The notes under the pieces are model-generated. The model was not told where the DNA came from. It made no database searches and saw only the letters and a list, made by a program, of their open reading frames with translations. The translations under genes were made by a program, and so were the position numbers. Shown here one piece after another: positions 41,700 through 58,859 of a stretch of 64,000 nucleotides of DNA; position 1 is the first letter of the stretch; every line of letters starts with the position of its first letter. This DNA is from Eledone cirrhosa (Eukaryota): assembly GCA_964016885.1 (NCBI GenBank), contig OZ024741.1, forward strand, positions 378,200,001 through 378,264,000. The letters are read 5' to 3'.

Positions 41700-44230
41700 A
41701 ACCTTTGAAAATAGTACACCGAATGAATCATTGGGTTTCTTTGGCTTAGTAGATAATTTGAAAATCGTCTTTCATTTGAATTAATTTAATTAATCTGCTA
41801 ATATCTGCAAATATTAGCTTGTTTTTTTAATACGTATTTAGCTAATTTCCAACTTTTTGAAGGTATTACAAAGATAACTAATTCGGCATCTTTTATCTGT
41901 TGCCTCGATTTACGTCTTATTTAAGTCTTATTGAAAAGTGATATCATGATATCTTCTGTGGGTTATGGAACCAGGTTTTTCTAGTTAGGCTATAACAACA
42001 CTTTATATATGAAGAGACTGTATCCTAAATTTATGTGTATGCATTTTTAGACATACATTTAGATGATAAAGGCATAATTATTTAAAGACATGGACTATCT
42101 TTCTCTGAGTAATAAATACAAGAGACTAGTTTTGATATATAGTTGAAAGACGATCCGGTAAACAAGGATAATGCATCAACACAGGAACCACGCCTCATAG
42201 TTATACACGTGGGGAAAGCAATGTACATCTGTCTGGTTTAGAACAGCGCATTAAAGTATATTCCCCTCATTTAGAGTTAGGATGCTATATATTGGGTTTG
42301 TATAGTGTTTTGATCAGGACTCCTATGTTAAATTAAGAATTATAGTATTGACCTTATAGGAGGAAAAGTTACAGGACATATAGAATGTATTGCCATTTTT
42401 TGTTATTTGAATAGGATATATTTGTTGTACATGGGGAGAAAGTGAGTTCAAATTATGCAGAGACATAAACCACATGTTTCAGTTTTGCTAAACCTCACCT
42501 CATAACAAGCTTTTACTTCGACACATGTTTATGTTTTACATAACAGATTGATATGAGCCAACAAATGACGCATGGCCTGGCAGATTGAAAGAAATTATGA
42601 CATGGGGAAATATTTATTGACCCTTTTCTGAAAAAGTCATGTTGTAGGTGCAAGGAAAGCAGCCACTAGGCAGTTTGATCCACGGAGAAGTTGTTCTAGT
42701 AATAACATTGTTTCCATTAACCTTTTGTATGATGTTAGGAATGCGTTGGCAGTGAGTTACGGTTTGCCTCAATGGACAGAGGGAGTCGAGTCATAGTTAA
42801 AAATGGCAGATCAAAAAGAGAGTGGTTTGTGAGATGAGAAGTCATACTATTAGGTTACACAAGTGACTCTGAATTCCATCTAGATAGGATAAGTTGTTCT
42901 GAGTAATACAGTGAGATGTGGCAAAAGTACTCGAGTTTGGTGTAATCTGATTCTCGTATCGATATAAAATTGCAGACGGAGTAAAATATTTATTGGAAAG
43001 ATAGAAGAGCCCCATATGTTTCCATACTTTTAGCAACTGATCTGATATAATAGTACCAAATGAGATCTGAGATAAATTTTAGGCCCCATGGTCGTTAACA
43101 CTGGGTAGCTTATTTCTATGACCTACTATGTCTATGGGGTAAATATACAAATACTTAAAGTAGATGGTTATTCATATTTATATCAACCTTTCTAGATACA
43201 AATGTGTTAGTAGGTAGCAGGTAAGGTTTATCTAAATTGTACTTTGGGAGCTTAGATTATAGTTAGATGGAAATGTATGCCGGATTGATGAGCGTGGCAT
43301 ATCGTGTAACTAGATATGGACGCATATAATAATAGGAAGTACTGCATTGTGTAAGACTTTTATTGAATTTAGAGAATGTTTGACACTTTGCGTTCATAAT
43401 TACATATTGAATCGTGTCTAGTTTAATACGTCGTTCCTGATCAATGTCCTATAACTGAACGATGTTCCTATACCGGACGTTAAAATGGTATGCAGGGTGA
43501 TGTCATGACTCATACTCTTTACTGTATCTACCATATTTCTCTATGTTTCTCATTGATGACTTTACGGAAAGTCGTGATGGCATCTTCATAAGGCATCGTT
43601 CCCTAGAAAAGCTTTACAACAAATTTCTACATTTTGATGACTATGATCTAATTGATCAATCACTCACAGATGGGTAAAACCTCATGTAAAGCCTAGGGAT
43701 TAAATATTAACATCGATACTTGTATTCTCTTATATTCTTGTGAGACCTGAGTTGTCTATCACGTAACATTTTCTGGATTCACTGGATTACATACGCAGCA
43801 GACAATGAAATATTACAAAATGCAGGTCATATCCAAAAGCACTGATTGCGATGGGTAGGCCGCGTTGTTACATCTAGTAACAACAGTATCACAAAAGGAA
43901 GTCCTGTATAGTGACTTAATTCATGGATCAAGACCCCCAACATAAACCAAACCTGTGTTTCAAGGATTGTCTGGCATATTCCGTAATACTACGCACACTT
44001 GCTCCATCTCGTTTGGAGGAAATGGCATTAAGGAGAAACAAGTGTATCACCACTATATCTAATGGCGTAAGATATTTTCTGGAATCCACTTCAGAACGTG
44101 CTATCATTAGGCGTACATCTACGAAAAGCCAAGCTGTGGAGACACTGTAAATCCTTTTAATACAATGAATGTCACTGTTTATACCGGTAAAAAGGTGGCC
44201 TTACAGTTCACTTACGTCAGCACCCAAACA
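41700..44230 (+). pseudogene. ancient RTE-type LINE relic
   Basis: YFGS (YLGS-like) at about 43240, LRWVGRVV at about 43846, then EVLYSDL and PNLCFKDCL, resembling the RTE C-terminus LRWxGHVxR..LYxEL..RxKD. 5' boundary uncertain. Confidence 0.5.
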
Positions 44231-47200
44231 TACCACATGTCAAATAGAATTGACTCTTTGCAGCCAATTTAACATGTGGTACACATGCCAGTCACTCTCC
44301 GAATAAGTGGGGTCTTGCAAAGCATTCAAAGGTAGATAATTGAGTTCCCAATCAGATTGAAATGAGGAATGATGGAAGGAGTGAATTTCGAGGTATTCTA
44401 TGCAACATAACATACATGCTAATAGCAAACTTTAAAAAGAACTGCTTGGCTCATAGCCACAATAGAGATATATAATTTGGTAGTAAACGTCGTACGTATC
44501 TAAGCATATAGAGGCCAGTGTGTATGTACTCTCTTTCGCTTACGTTTGAGATTAGTTTTACCGGCCACCTTCCCGGTTGCGCCGTTATTAAGAACGGAAA
44601 TTATCGTTGTCCCTTGTGTAAGTTTCCATCCAATGTATGTAGAAAATAAGATATTGAGGGCTTATTCCATTTTTATGTGTTTGTTGTATGGTCTATATAA
44701 CTTTCAGACATCGACGAAGAAACGATTGGAGATACTGATCCATTTATTTGACGACTACGTTGTGTGAGCAGGTATGATAGTTGGTTTAATGAAAGGACGA
44801 TGAGCAGTACTGGGGATCTATGACCATGTGAGATGCGCATTTGATAGTGTATGGTCTGAGACTGAGCATGCATTTTGTTGGCTATAAGGAGTAACCTGAT
44901 GTGTCAAGGCCTATTTAAGCGTTGAATAACAACAATTATTAGTGGGAGTATTTGGCTAACAGTAAAGCTCTTATAAACCCCTTTTGTCGTATATCAAATT
45001 TTCTTTGAAAATCCAGACACACTAGTCATGTCCCTGCGTTTTTTCATTTTATATTTCTCCTATCATTCTGTTAACTACTAGCCGCTCCATGCAGCCCCGC
45101 CCCATATGTTTATAACCCAGTCTTCAGTTCTTTATGGTATTAGAGTCAAAATAAACCTGTATGAGTAGATCGAGGTTTCGACCGTATAACCTGTACATGA
45201 TGTGCTTGAATGTTATTGGATCATAGTGTTTTATATGGATAGTCTGGCCATTTGGGGCTTTTTGAGGAGGGGAATTGCAGTTGAGAGCTTCCAGGGTACG
45301 TATGTGGCCATGATGCTTTCTCCATATAACGGTATAGGATATCGCTAATAAAATGTGTTATTCGTTAGCCAATAACCTACTGTAAACTATATATGCATTC
45401 TGTCGAGCAGTCTCCGGTATTGCGCTGTTTATATCGTATTACGCTTGTTAAATACTCTGGCAGCTTACATGTTGTGGTCGTCATTTATTTCTCATGGAGA
45501 TTCCCAATATTCCCGATATTCCCGATATTCTTTAGCAAATAATGTATTCAAGGTTTCCCCTTTATATGTTGTAGATAAATGGTTTAGCATTGAAAAATTG
45601 GCTGTCGGTTATTGTTTGCGTTAGTGTATTTTCAAGTGGGAGTATTTAAATCATGTATCTACAAGTCACCACTTTATTTATTTCTCTTCTAAGTTTCTCT
45701 GTGGTTCTATCTGTCTATATGTATGCATCTATGTATGTATACTTCTAAATAAGTATCAACGTCTATATGTAGAGTAGGATCATACATATGAAATACAATT
45801 CAATTAACGGAGATAAATATTTCAGTAAGAAAATTGTGAACTTACTAAATCGATGTCACGAATTCACTAGCATTATCTCATGAACCAATAAGAAATTATG
45901 TCAAAACATATGCTATTGTGCCCATTTACCAAAACATAAAAGTTAATGAAACAATAAAAAAAATGCGCCCTTGACAGAAGAAATCTGCACATACGTATGT
46001 ATCAACGTCTGTATGTAGTTTAAAATGATTCATATGGAATACAAGGTCAATTGTGCTGTTGTGAATTATGCTATACATATGTCATCATACGAAACTGTCA
46101 ACAATATGGCCAATAACACTATAACAGCTACCAGCTAAAAACATCTTACCGATGATGATCTAAAATATAATCTACAAATATAAGTTTCCAAGGTGGTACA
46201 GATGTTTCTGCTAAGGAGTATTTACTTCTGTGCTCCATAGTTTATGAATTGAATAAGACCAGGAACAATATACTTTCAAATATGAATATACATTTTATAT
46301 CTCTGAGAATATGCAGCTGTAGAATTCATTAAATGTGTATCCTAGATGTTACTGGATACATTAAGGAAGAAATTAATAATCCACCCGGGGAAGAATTTAA
46401 TTTAGAAAATTGTAACATGTAAGCTACCCGCATTTACTTGTATCTTCGGATCATCATATTAAATTCGGCCCTAGCTATCGCAGCAAACTTCAACAGCAAT
46501 AACAATACAAGTAGAATCTGGAAATCATTTATGTTTGTTATATAAATGCAATAATCTATCTTATTACAGGCGCAAATCCATGCATAGGATATTAAAAGCG
46601 TGTAATTAATGCATATGTTATTAAGAGATATAACCAGCTGATATTGTTCACAAGGTCTGTCGTCGTTTTTATTGCTGCTGGTAGTAGTACTTCCAAATCT
46701 AAGTCGATGTTTACTTTATGCAGTATATAGTAACTAATTAAATTGAATATTTGACATATGGTGAAAATTATGACAAATCATGATTTTGAAGGACGTGTTC
46801 TTTGTCTATATTGTCAAGATTATGAGACAACAAGTAGTATATGATTTATGTTTTTATTGTGATTTTTGGTTAGGTTTTATGTTCATTGTGATGTATTTAC
46901 TTCTCGGAACAAAGATTGCAAGATTTCTACTTAACTTACTACTTAAGACTACCCTGGACAGCAATTATCAGATAGAAAGAGCTATTCTCTTCCAAATGAG
47001 TTCGCGATATGTCATTCAATTCTCTTTTCATGATATTACGCTTGATAAGAAACTAATTTCCCCATAGATACGATAATATTACAGCTGCAAATATCTGCCT
47101 GATTACGGAAATTCGGTATTTTAGATTAAATATTCTGGTTAGAATAACAATAAAATATCAACAGTCGATTTGAGCATTACGTCAACGAGAGTATAACCCT

Positions 47201-47535
47201 AAGTATACTACATGAAATGAAACCGAGTATGCAATAACAACTATTTACTGCGAGTAATTAGAAAATAAAAATATTTGCTTATATTTACCTTAATGCTCAT
47301 CCAACATAGTTGAACAACACGGGTAAACAAGCCTACAGACAAAACACTGGGATAGTTTTTTCCGTCTCCACTGGAAATTTATCCGACAGTTATGTATAAT
47401 TATTTATATTGCTGCTTCTTCTCTAAAGAAAACAAACATACATTGAAAACTTCGAATTCAGGCTATTCTCACTGAGTCAAGCAAATATCTACGGATGTTC
47501 TGCTCGGACAGTCACACACATGCACACACAAACTC

Positions 47536-47579
<44 letters not shown>

Positions 47580-47587
47580 ACACATAT

Positions 47588-47621
<34 letters not shown>

Positions 47622-47675
47622 GTGTGTGTATGTATGTGTGTGTGTATGTGTATGTGTGTGTGTGTGTGTGTGTAT

Positions 47676-49325
<1,650 letters not shown>

Positions 49326-49402
49326 TATATATATATATATATATATATATTACAAAGACGATCTGTTAAACCTTCTTACGTTTATTGATTTGTGACGCGC
49401 GT

Positions 49403-49620
49403 GGGATTTTACGTACCATTACCTATTGAGTACGCTTGGATGCAACCGGAACTAGCAGTGAAACACGTTGACAGAACTAGCATGGTTTCACTGCTAGTAC
49501 CGGTTGCATCTCAGCGTACACAATAGGTAATGTTATGTAAAATCCCAAAGTAGACACATTGTTCTTTGCTTCAATAGAGCACATGTAAATGGGTACCTTC
49601 AATCTATACCCCTACTCGAG
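49403..49620. repeat. fold-back repeat (arms about 49403-49462 / 49483-49546), second copy at about 50316-50455
   Basis: gggattttacgtaccattacctattg.. / ..caataggtaatgttatgtaaaatccc. Confidence 0.75.
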
Positions 49621-51099
49621 TGCACAGCATCTACTGTCTGCATTTAATATGCAACAATGCACAATTGGTGCATGTGGCTTCACCAGCGGGTTTTGCTTAA
49701 CCAATAACCAATTGATCGACCGAATTCAATTCCAGTCCATGTCGGCTATGGCAGTGAATGTGATGATCAACACAGTAACCCATTAGCAACTGAAATCCCT
49801 ACGTGTTATCACAATACTGTCAACTGATTGGCTATATATTCAGAAATATACCTGACGGTAGGAGACATAATTCAAATAGTTCTGATCCCGCCACAAGCAC
49901 TCAGCCAACTTATCTGAAACACAATTTTACAAGTCAGTGAAAGTCGGTTATTACAGAAAATCGTCTCCAATCGCTGTACAATAGAATGTTAGCATCCGGC
50001 TCTAGTCTCCAAGTCCCATAGCGAGAAGTAGTGCGAAAATAACGATGGTAGTGCCTAAAATCTTTCCGAACGTTAAATGCCAGCAAGCGATCACACAGCG
50101 ATAGAGAGTAGTGCGCTGGCTAGACTTCGAATTCTAAATATTTCGTCCAACCACGTACGTAAACCGGTCAATTTCACCACTTGAACGATTCAAAAGGTGA
50201 GTGAGACAGGAACATGTATTAGAGTGCCTATTAAACAAAACAATAAAATGTGTTCAAATGACTCTGTTAATCGGCTAGTTGGCAGAAAATAGTAATAAGT
50301 TGACGAGACATGCATGGGTTTTACAGCTAGCACCGGTTTCATCTCAACGTACTCAATAGCTAATGTTATGTAAAATCGCAGAATAGACTCATAGTTATTC
50401 GCTTCAATACATCGCACTTACATGGGTGCCTTCAATCTATACTCTTACACGAGTTTCGGCCATACTTATTGCAGCTATATATATATATATATATATGTGT
50501 GTGTGCGTGTGCGTGTGTGTGCGTGTGTGTGCGTGTGTGTTTGTGGGTATGTGTGTGTGCGTATGTTTGTGCATGTGTGTGTATGTGTGTGTGTGTATGT
50601 GTGTGTATGTGTGTGTATGTGTGTATGTGTATGTGTGTGTAACAATTAGTTATGATAACTGCCACTTATTTACAGAAGAGTGTTATCCCTGCTATTATGA
50701 ACCACCGCTAACTGTAGGTTGCTTTCCTGCTTGATGACTAAACCGGCGGAGTCTACACAGTTTGCCAGTCCCTTACCGCATTGGGACTTGTATAGAAATA
50801 TATGCATATTAAGATGGCAAAGCTACGTGTTTGTGCTACATCATAACACCCACTCCATCCTCGGAGCTATGTATCCAGTGACAGTCAAGGCAAGATAATA
50901 GGACTGTTAAGAGGATCGCATGTATTGTTGTTATGTGGTTTATTAAAAGCCGGTACAATGCGGTAGAAAACAGGAGGAGCAAATGATGATAAATGATACA
51001 AAACAAAACAATTAATATTTTAGTATGATATTTCAGGGCTAATTCCCACTTTTAAGATACGAAACAGAAACAGTCCAGAACAAAAGAAACGAGCAATTA

Positions 51100-52600
51100 G
51101 ATTTTTCAGATGTTTCTTCACTAACTGGTCTATGTGTTAGAAAAACGTATGCGCAAACATGGGGATGATATAGTAACCATGCTGCCTCATGCATTTTAGA
51201 CTTTGTATTCATGTCTGTTTTTATTCGCTTGATGAAAATGGCTTCCTTAATCCTTCAAATTCTCATATATATTTTTATTACCTCCAAGGATATTTCAATG
51301 TCCTATTGGCGACATCAGATGTTTTTTTAACGGAACAGGCTCTCTTGTCACGTATTCCTTGATCTTCCTCATCGTACGCCTAATTTGTGAGCAGCTACAT
51401 TTTGTACACATGATGTTATAGGCCGCATATTCACACATGCGCATTTATGTTTTGTTGACGCAACAATTGGGAATTGTACATATATTGTTGTCGCTTGGTG
51501 TCTGTGGAGCAGTCTTCTCAATGAGGGTTCCGAATGTGCCAGTATCTCCCTACGGATTGCTTGTCTGATGGCAGTTTTATGTAGCATATGTTATATGTAG
51601 GGGCACATGCTCTCCTTGTTCTTTTATGTGTTCCTGCAGTGGCAATTTTGTGTTTGACGAGAGAAGCAGGGTAGCCAATTTAGGTGAGAATTCCACCATG
51701 ATTTTATGTATGCGCTTCCTTTGCTGTATCCGTTGCGGCCCCGGGAGATCTCAATCCGTATATAGGCTATGCTTGTTCTGTGGGGAAGTGCGGATTGGTG
51801 TTGCCTAAATAATATATCTGCCGTAATCTATCGTTTAAATTTCGTGTATATGGATTCGTCCGCGGTGAATCTTTGTGTAAACTAGATTAGAGAGACGGAC
51901 CCAGTGGTGTCTAAATGTTCAACCTCATATGTCATTCAATGATTTGAAAGATGCTGTAGAACTTGACGGCTTCTTCACGTGATGAAATATACAGAAGGAT
52001 CTCATCAACGAACCTGGAAAAGAATGAGCAAGTGGGTCAGGTGCAGAGTGCTCTGCACTCCATTTGGTCAATGTATGAGATGGCCAGCAGGCCTGAAAGC
52101 CTTGATCTGCTTCAGAAGTCATGACATTTGACTTTATACAGAGCCCTCAAACTTGAAAAAGATGGTGCACATGAGGATAGGGAGAGGTTCGGGGATGTCA
52201 GCAGCAGTGAGCGAACATCAATTGAGGTTCGTTGAAGTGGAAATATTGTCCGTAATTATGTCGGTAGCCTCGGAGGTGGGACAGAGTTGAAGAAGGAAAC
52301 TAGGTCTAAACCAAATGCGTATCTATTCTGTTCAATTGTATTGGAGATCAATTTCCTTTAGTTTGTTGACTACTTCTTGTCAGCAGACTTCGTCCCCAGG
52401 GAAAGTGTGGAAGAGAAGTTTAAGAAGACAGGAGAGAAGCCAGAAAATGTTATATAACTTACTGTTTATGCCAGAAACAATGGGTCTAATTTTTCACCTG
52501 GATCCTGTTTCTATGTTTTGATAATTTGGTAGAAGTTGGCAAGCTTACTGTTTGTGAAAATGATGATGCATTTTATTCATTTTATTCTACAATGGAGGCT
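51100..52600 (-). pseudogene. heavily decayed PLE RT/EN
   Basis: Minus strand: RPIVSG (about 52480), LDLVSFFNSVP (about 52300), CTIFFKFEG (about 52160), FSRFVDEI (about 52010; WxRYVDD-like), in the correct order. Confidence 0.6.
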
Positions 52601-54148
52601 CGGGTGGTTACATCTATTAGTCAAACTAGTGTCAAAAGATGTGTTCTTAAGGTGTTTTAGCGTTAGTTGTGTGTAAATGTTCTACTCAATGAAGCAGTAT
52701 TCTCTCCTTTTGTCTCATGGGAGGTTTATTATTTTTTTTTTAGGTAGTTCAATTAGAGCGGTGACTTGAGACCAAGAGAAATTGTGGGAGCGGGGAGAGA
52801 GTTTGTGTAAAATATTGGAAATTGAATTCTTAAATCTAGCTAGTATAGCGTTAAGTTCATCCCTGGTAGACTGGGTTGGAGTGGATTGTCAAGATGCAAT
52901 ACGCGGAAACAATCGAGTTAGCCATGACAGAGGTAGCAGTGGTGGCAATGGTGGCGACTGCAGTGTTGGTGGTGATGTATATTTTGGTAGGTGTGACAGC
53001 TGAGGTAGTGGCAAAAATGGATATTAAAGCTATCATCCACTTTAACTGGTATACCGTCCTGCCGAATTTGACCTCTAAACCATGGTATATCTTCTCGGTT
53101 TAGCATTGACCTACGCTGAATTTAGCTCCATTCATTAATAATCCGAATTCTCTAGATGATAGTGAGCCAGATAGATATTTTACATGTGGTTTGTTCTTAG
53201 TTTCGTTGGAAGTTCTATCGTTCTATCGTGATTGTCGTAATTTCAGTTTGAACGCTGGACGCTGGCTCGGGATGTTTTACCGTTGGTGTCGGAGCAACTA
53301 TGGCCGATGTAATGCTTATTTACATTCCATTGGAACTTGTGTAAGGGACATTCCTTTCGAATATAAATCGTTTGTGATAGCATATTTCAATCATATCGTG
53401 AAGTTTGGAATGGCAAGGAAGCTTGACTTGCAGAGAAGATATAACTATGTTATGTTGCGTGATTTATTTATATAGATATCTGATTAGTTGTTCTTTAATG
53501 AAGATATGCATGAATTTACGGGAAGAAATAAAACTACCCAGATCCAAGCACCTAGGTAGATAAATGTTCCTTATAGAGATAGGAATAATGTTGTATTTTA
53601 GGGATCGCTTAATGAAGTTTATTTTTGAAAACAAATTCACTCGTTCTTCAGGTACATGAAGAGTATCAACATGAGAATAGAGTTATAAAGTTAATACGAA
53701 GAATTATGATATGTAATTAAAAACCGATATGGTTTTTCAAAAGTGTGTACAATGTGACAGAAAGTATGAAGAGCAAATAATGGCAAAAGAAAGAAGACAA
53801 CATAAAGTAATGTTTTATCCAATGTAATTTAGTATGATATTTCAAAGCTATGACCCTCTTTCCAGGTGCGAAGCTGAAACAGTCCGAACCAAAAGAAATA
53901 TAATATCAGAGTTTTCAGAATTGTCTTCCTTAAAATTAAAAGAAAAGAACGAAATCTGAAGATTGAATGTTAAATAATTCATTGTCTTACGATCGTTCGA
54001 GAGTGTTGATTGTTCATGGTAAATCGCTATATTGACTAATCGTAAGCTATGAATTAATTGAGAAACAATCTCCAACATTTGTTTAATTTTAATTTTTCAA
54101 CACACACACAGGCACACACACACTCACGCACACACAAAGGCACACACA

Positions 54149-54259
<111 letters not shown>

Positions 54260-55036
54260 GGGTGAGTGTTTGTCTCAGCTAGAAAATGAATAAGCTACTG
54301 CGATGTGCAACGAAATAATTCTACATTGCACTGCATATATCATGAAAGCTTGTCTGTTTAACCAGTTTTGATTTTTCATTATTTAGTATAATATGTAATA
54401 TTAATGAAATATACCTGACTCTCCTATTTGGTCATATGTAACACTCTCCAGCAGAACCTGACATGAGGAGCTTTTAGCTTCAACACTTCTGAAAATACCT
54501 GCAGAAATATGCAGTGGTCTACAACAAAATACCATTTGACCATTATGAGTGAATAATCGATAACCGATCTTCTTATACCGTATTAAGAGAAATGAAAGTA
54601 ATCTTCCTACCTTGCGTACAATTTCACATGAAGATTGAAACCAAGAATTGAACATACTGTCGCTCGGAACATTAACACTTCAAACACAACATTTGAAAAT
54701 CAATTTTATAGGAGGGATATAAATTTATGTTAAATGAAAAGAAAAAAAGAAATATATTTTTAAAAAAGTAAAACATCTGAGGAATTGCTGTAATGAGAAG
54801 CCAACAACTTCCTAAGCCAAGAAGCTACCTTGATATAAACGATTTGGCCAGAAGCTAGATAGTGGTGCTTTTTTTTCTTTTTATTCGTCTTGTTATTTGG
54901 ATTGTAGCACTTTGACTCTGTTTTATTGATTAAGCATTTCTTTCTCTCACCAATTCTGAGATGAAAGACATTGTGAAAGAATTATCAGAAGAAATATATT
55001 GGCAAGGAATATAAATATGTTTAACGACATTGACTT

Positions 55037-55375
55037 GTGTAGAGTATCACACCCGCCATCATCATCACCATCATCACCATCATCACCATCATCATCATAA
55101 TCATCATCATCATCAACGTCACCATCAACATCACCACGATCATCATCACCATCTTCCTCATCATAACCATTATCATCATCACCATTAACACTATACTAAT
55201 CATCATCATCATCACCATCATACCCATCGTCATCATCACCGACATTAACATAAACATAATATTCATCAGTGACATCACCATACTCAATATTAGCCCACGA
55301 CATTTACGTTTCCTCGTCATTGTTATCATTCAAATAATGATTATATACATCATCATCTTCCCCCTAGTCATCATC
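55037..55375. repeat. degenerate (CAT)n microsatellite
   Basis: Seen directly. Confidence 0.9.
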
Positions 55376-56579
55376 TTTAAATATATTGAGGTATGAAATT
55401 TACACAATCATCAGTATTAACATAACCATCACAATCGTAAGAGTCTTTCTGATTCTCCGTCTCATTTTCATTATTTTCATCATATATATATATATTTACA
55501 TATTCATACAGGTTTTCTTTTTTTTTTTATATATATATATAAAGTATGTCTTTTTTCTTATTATGAAATCTTCAAACATTTCAATAAAACTTTAGTTAAT
55601 CAATTTGATCACATATTTCTTATTAAATGAATCTGTAGGATGTTTGACCTTCTGAGTTGAACGTAAAATAGGTGTTATACATGATTCCAAATTGGTCAGA
55701 TGAGAAAAAGAAATGGTAATTTATATTTCATTCAGGCACATTAATTTTAGTAATTTAAAAGACAAATTAAATTGATAAGTTTAAGTAAAAATAAATACTT
55801 TTATGTTTGGCTAACACCGCATTATTTGCATATATTCTATCAGCACAGACATATATCTATATTAATTAGACTATGTGGAAATATTTCAACTTAAATATGA
55901 GAAATATTTGATGCGTAAAAGAATCGTCTATCTTCCTTGTTCTATTCTACGATATAAGTTTTAATATGTTTTATGCTAATTAACGTATATGATTTCTATA
56001 TTGTGCGGGCAAATATATACGAAGCATCTTCAAATGTATTTAGAAATATATACATTTTTACTTTTGCTCCTACAAATCTATAACTATATGCTAGCTGACC
56101 AATGCATTTGCAAGGATATGTTTGGAGAGAAAACATGCCCGTTATAAAATTGCAGTAGTCCAGATATGTACTTATATGTTAATATAATAACTCATGTGAT
56201 ATATTCAGTTTTTACGTGTTTACATCTTCATTTGTACTGCTTTCGACTGAATCAGCCATCCATGATCATATCACAATTGGAGTGTTTCACTCAATGACGT
56301 GGGGTGCCTGTATAACCATTTCATTTGAAACCAACAGATTTTTCTGCCTTTCGGTTACCTTATGTTAACGTGTGATAAACGAACACACATTCAGCTCAAA
56401 CACAGATACTTCCGCGCTATATATAAATATATATATATATATATATACATATATATATACATATATACATAAATATATATATATTATATATATATATATA
56501 CATATAAATATATATATACATATATACATAAATATATATATATTATATATATTTTTGGGGTGTTAGTAGGCGTCAGTCA

Positions 56580-56930
56580 TCTTACCATCCCATTCCTTCT
56601 AACTAGCCTCTGTGTCACGTGATTGATTCTTTAGAATCGGCCATTTGACTTGAAGCAGTGAGAATTTCGGTACATAGAATCCAGTCCTCGCAAGCTGTTC
56701 GATCTACCGAATTATTATTATTTTTATATGAGCCGCCAGTGTCCGCGCATTGCCTGGAGACTTAACTGAGAATAGACTCCCTGATGACGCAATGAATTCT
56801 CGACAGTTGGATTACGTAACTGTCTTTATCCCATTGCAGAAACTAATTAGTTGGAGTGAAAATTTAAGTAAGTAAAAAATTTTTTAAAAATTTTTTAAAA
56901 AAAATATTTTCTTATTTTACGTCCTTTATA
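56580..56930 (+). mobile_element. third copy of family B
   Basis: tgtcacgtgattgattcttt..gagaatagactccc..ggagtgaaa..cttattttacgtc, between (TA)n tracts. Confidence 0.85.
56776..56857 (+). ncRNA. hammerhead, family B
   Basis: actcc-CTGATGA-c gcaatg...cattgc a-GAAAC taatta GTT-ggagt. Confidence 0.87.
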
Positions 56931-56962
56931 TAAATATATATATATATATATTATATATATAC

Positions 56963-57052
<90 letters not shown>

Positions 57053-57955
57053 GTGTGTGTTGCGTTTATTACTCTAAGATGAAACCTATCGATTTATCGA
57101 TACATTCTTACTGAGTGCTTCGTGCATGCACCGAATTGTTTTTTCGCGGATGATGGCTGACCGCCACAACTTCGATTTTACTACCCTTCCAATCATATAT
57201 ATATATGAGTGTTTGTGTGTGTCTGTGTGTCTGTGTGTGTGTGTGTGTGTGTGTATGTGTGTGCATCTGTGTGTGCATGTATGTGTGTTTTAGCAAGCTT
57301 TCATAATATACATACTCCAAACTATCTTATCGCTGTATTAGACACTGGCATATATGAACAGCTCATATCTCAAATGATTGTATATATAGGTGTCTGTATT
57401 TTTCTGTGTTTTATGTGTGTGAGATGGTGATTGTCTTTGTGTCAAATACTTTACAAGGAAACTTGAAAAATGTTGAACAAATTCAGAAAAGAATATATAA
57501 GTTTACTTATAAATACTTTTATCGGTCACATGTATTTGTTATCTACGATATAATGTTATTCTTGTTATCTGTTTATGATTCTAAAAAGGGATACTACCAA
57601 TTAAGGAATGGTCCCTCACTAACATATGTATTCCCTTTAAATTCGGTGCATTTTGCCCATGTTAAACAATTTCCTTTTTAGAACATTGAAAATGGATAGA
57701 GCATAGTGTTCGTGCTGATGTCCGGCCGATGATGTTTAAAATGTATCTAGATTATTCCACCATGCAATAACTGTTATTCCCACGAACGATACAAAAGCCA
57801 AAGAGAAGCATTATACCAATGGTTCAAAATACTACTGCTTCGACAATTACTCAATGCACTGAGGAAGGGGGAAATGCGAAATACTGCATATTAACTATGG
57901 AGGAAAATTACTGAGGTATCTCTATTTGACTAGGCATGCCGCTTCAAGATATACT

Positions 57956-58123
57956 TGTTTCTAAGCCCAGCAATTACCCAGTGCATTACTGGTACTTTAT
58001 TTTATCGACTCCGTAAGGATCAAAGGCAAAGTTAACCTCAGCGGGATTTGAACACAGATCGTTAAGGGACGTAACAATGCTGGAAAGCATGGCGTCCGAC
58101 CCTCTACAGATATGCTATCCACC
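57956..58123 (-). mobile_element. tRNA-derived SINE with target-site duplication
   Basis: Flanked by gccgcttcaagatatact at 57938-57955 and 58124-58141. Confidence 0.9.
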
Positions 58124-58859
58124 GCCGCTTCAAGATATACTGGCAACATATCACTTACTTTGTTACACCACAACAAACAACATAATTAAAGAGAGAGGGA
58201 AACGTGTTGATGGTTTCTGTTTCAGTCTACACAGAAAGAGTAAGCATTTGCCATCTGGGTCAATGTTGAACAACACCTAGTTAAAGTATTATTAACGATT
58301 CTATAAAATGTGAAGATTATTGACCATGTCCCACCTCTGTTATGTTATTCCTCACGTCTACATGATCATTCCGTTTGTTACCACTATCAAGTAAATTAGT
58401 TCCGTTGTGTATTTTCCATGCATAAGCATTCAATAGATGATTTGCATGAATGTAAAATGAACAATTTCGACGAGCTTGTCATAGTAGATATTCCTTAAAA
58501 CTTTCTACAGTGTATATTTACAATATGGACAAACAGTAAGTGTGCATACACAAACCCAATGCATGCTTACCATTGTATCAATTTACTATCCGCCGTCATT
58601 GTCTGAATAACATTTTCCCGAAAACGTTCGTAATGTATAATAATATCAGTTTGTTTTCATTATAGAAAAAACAAAATACAAAAGGAAACAAGAAACAATA
58701 TAGCGCACGTCACACTTCTGAAATAGCTTTAGAGTATTCATACAATAATTGACTGTTAAAACAGATAACAACTGTGAACAATTGGTACGGTTTTGACATT
58801 ACTTACTGCACCAAGTGAACTATAACGAAAGTGCTATTTCTGTTTATAGACATACACCT

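Noticed and set aside
53100-53930. Further decayed PLE with an HHR-like tail (short repeat shared with about 51017-51090)
   Set aside because: Motifs are too degraded to call.
55021-55329. Met-rich 102 aa ORF
   Set aside because: It is the reverse strand of a (CAT)n microsatellite.
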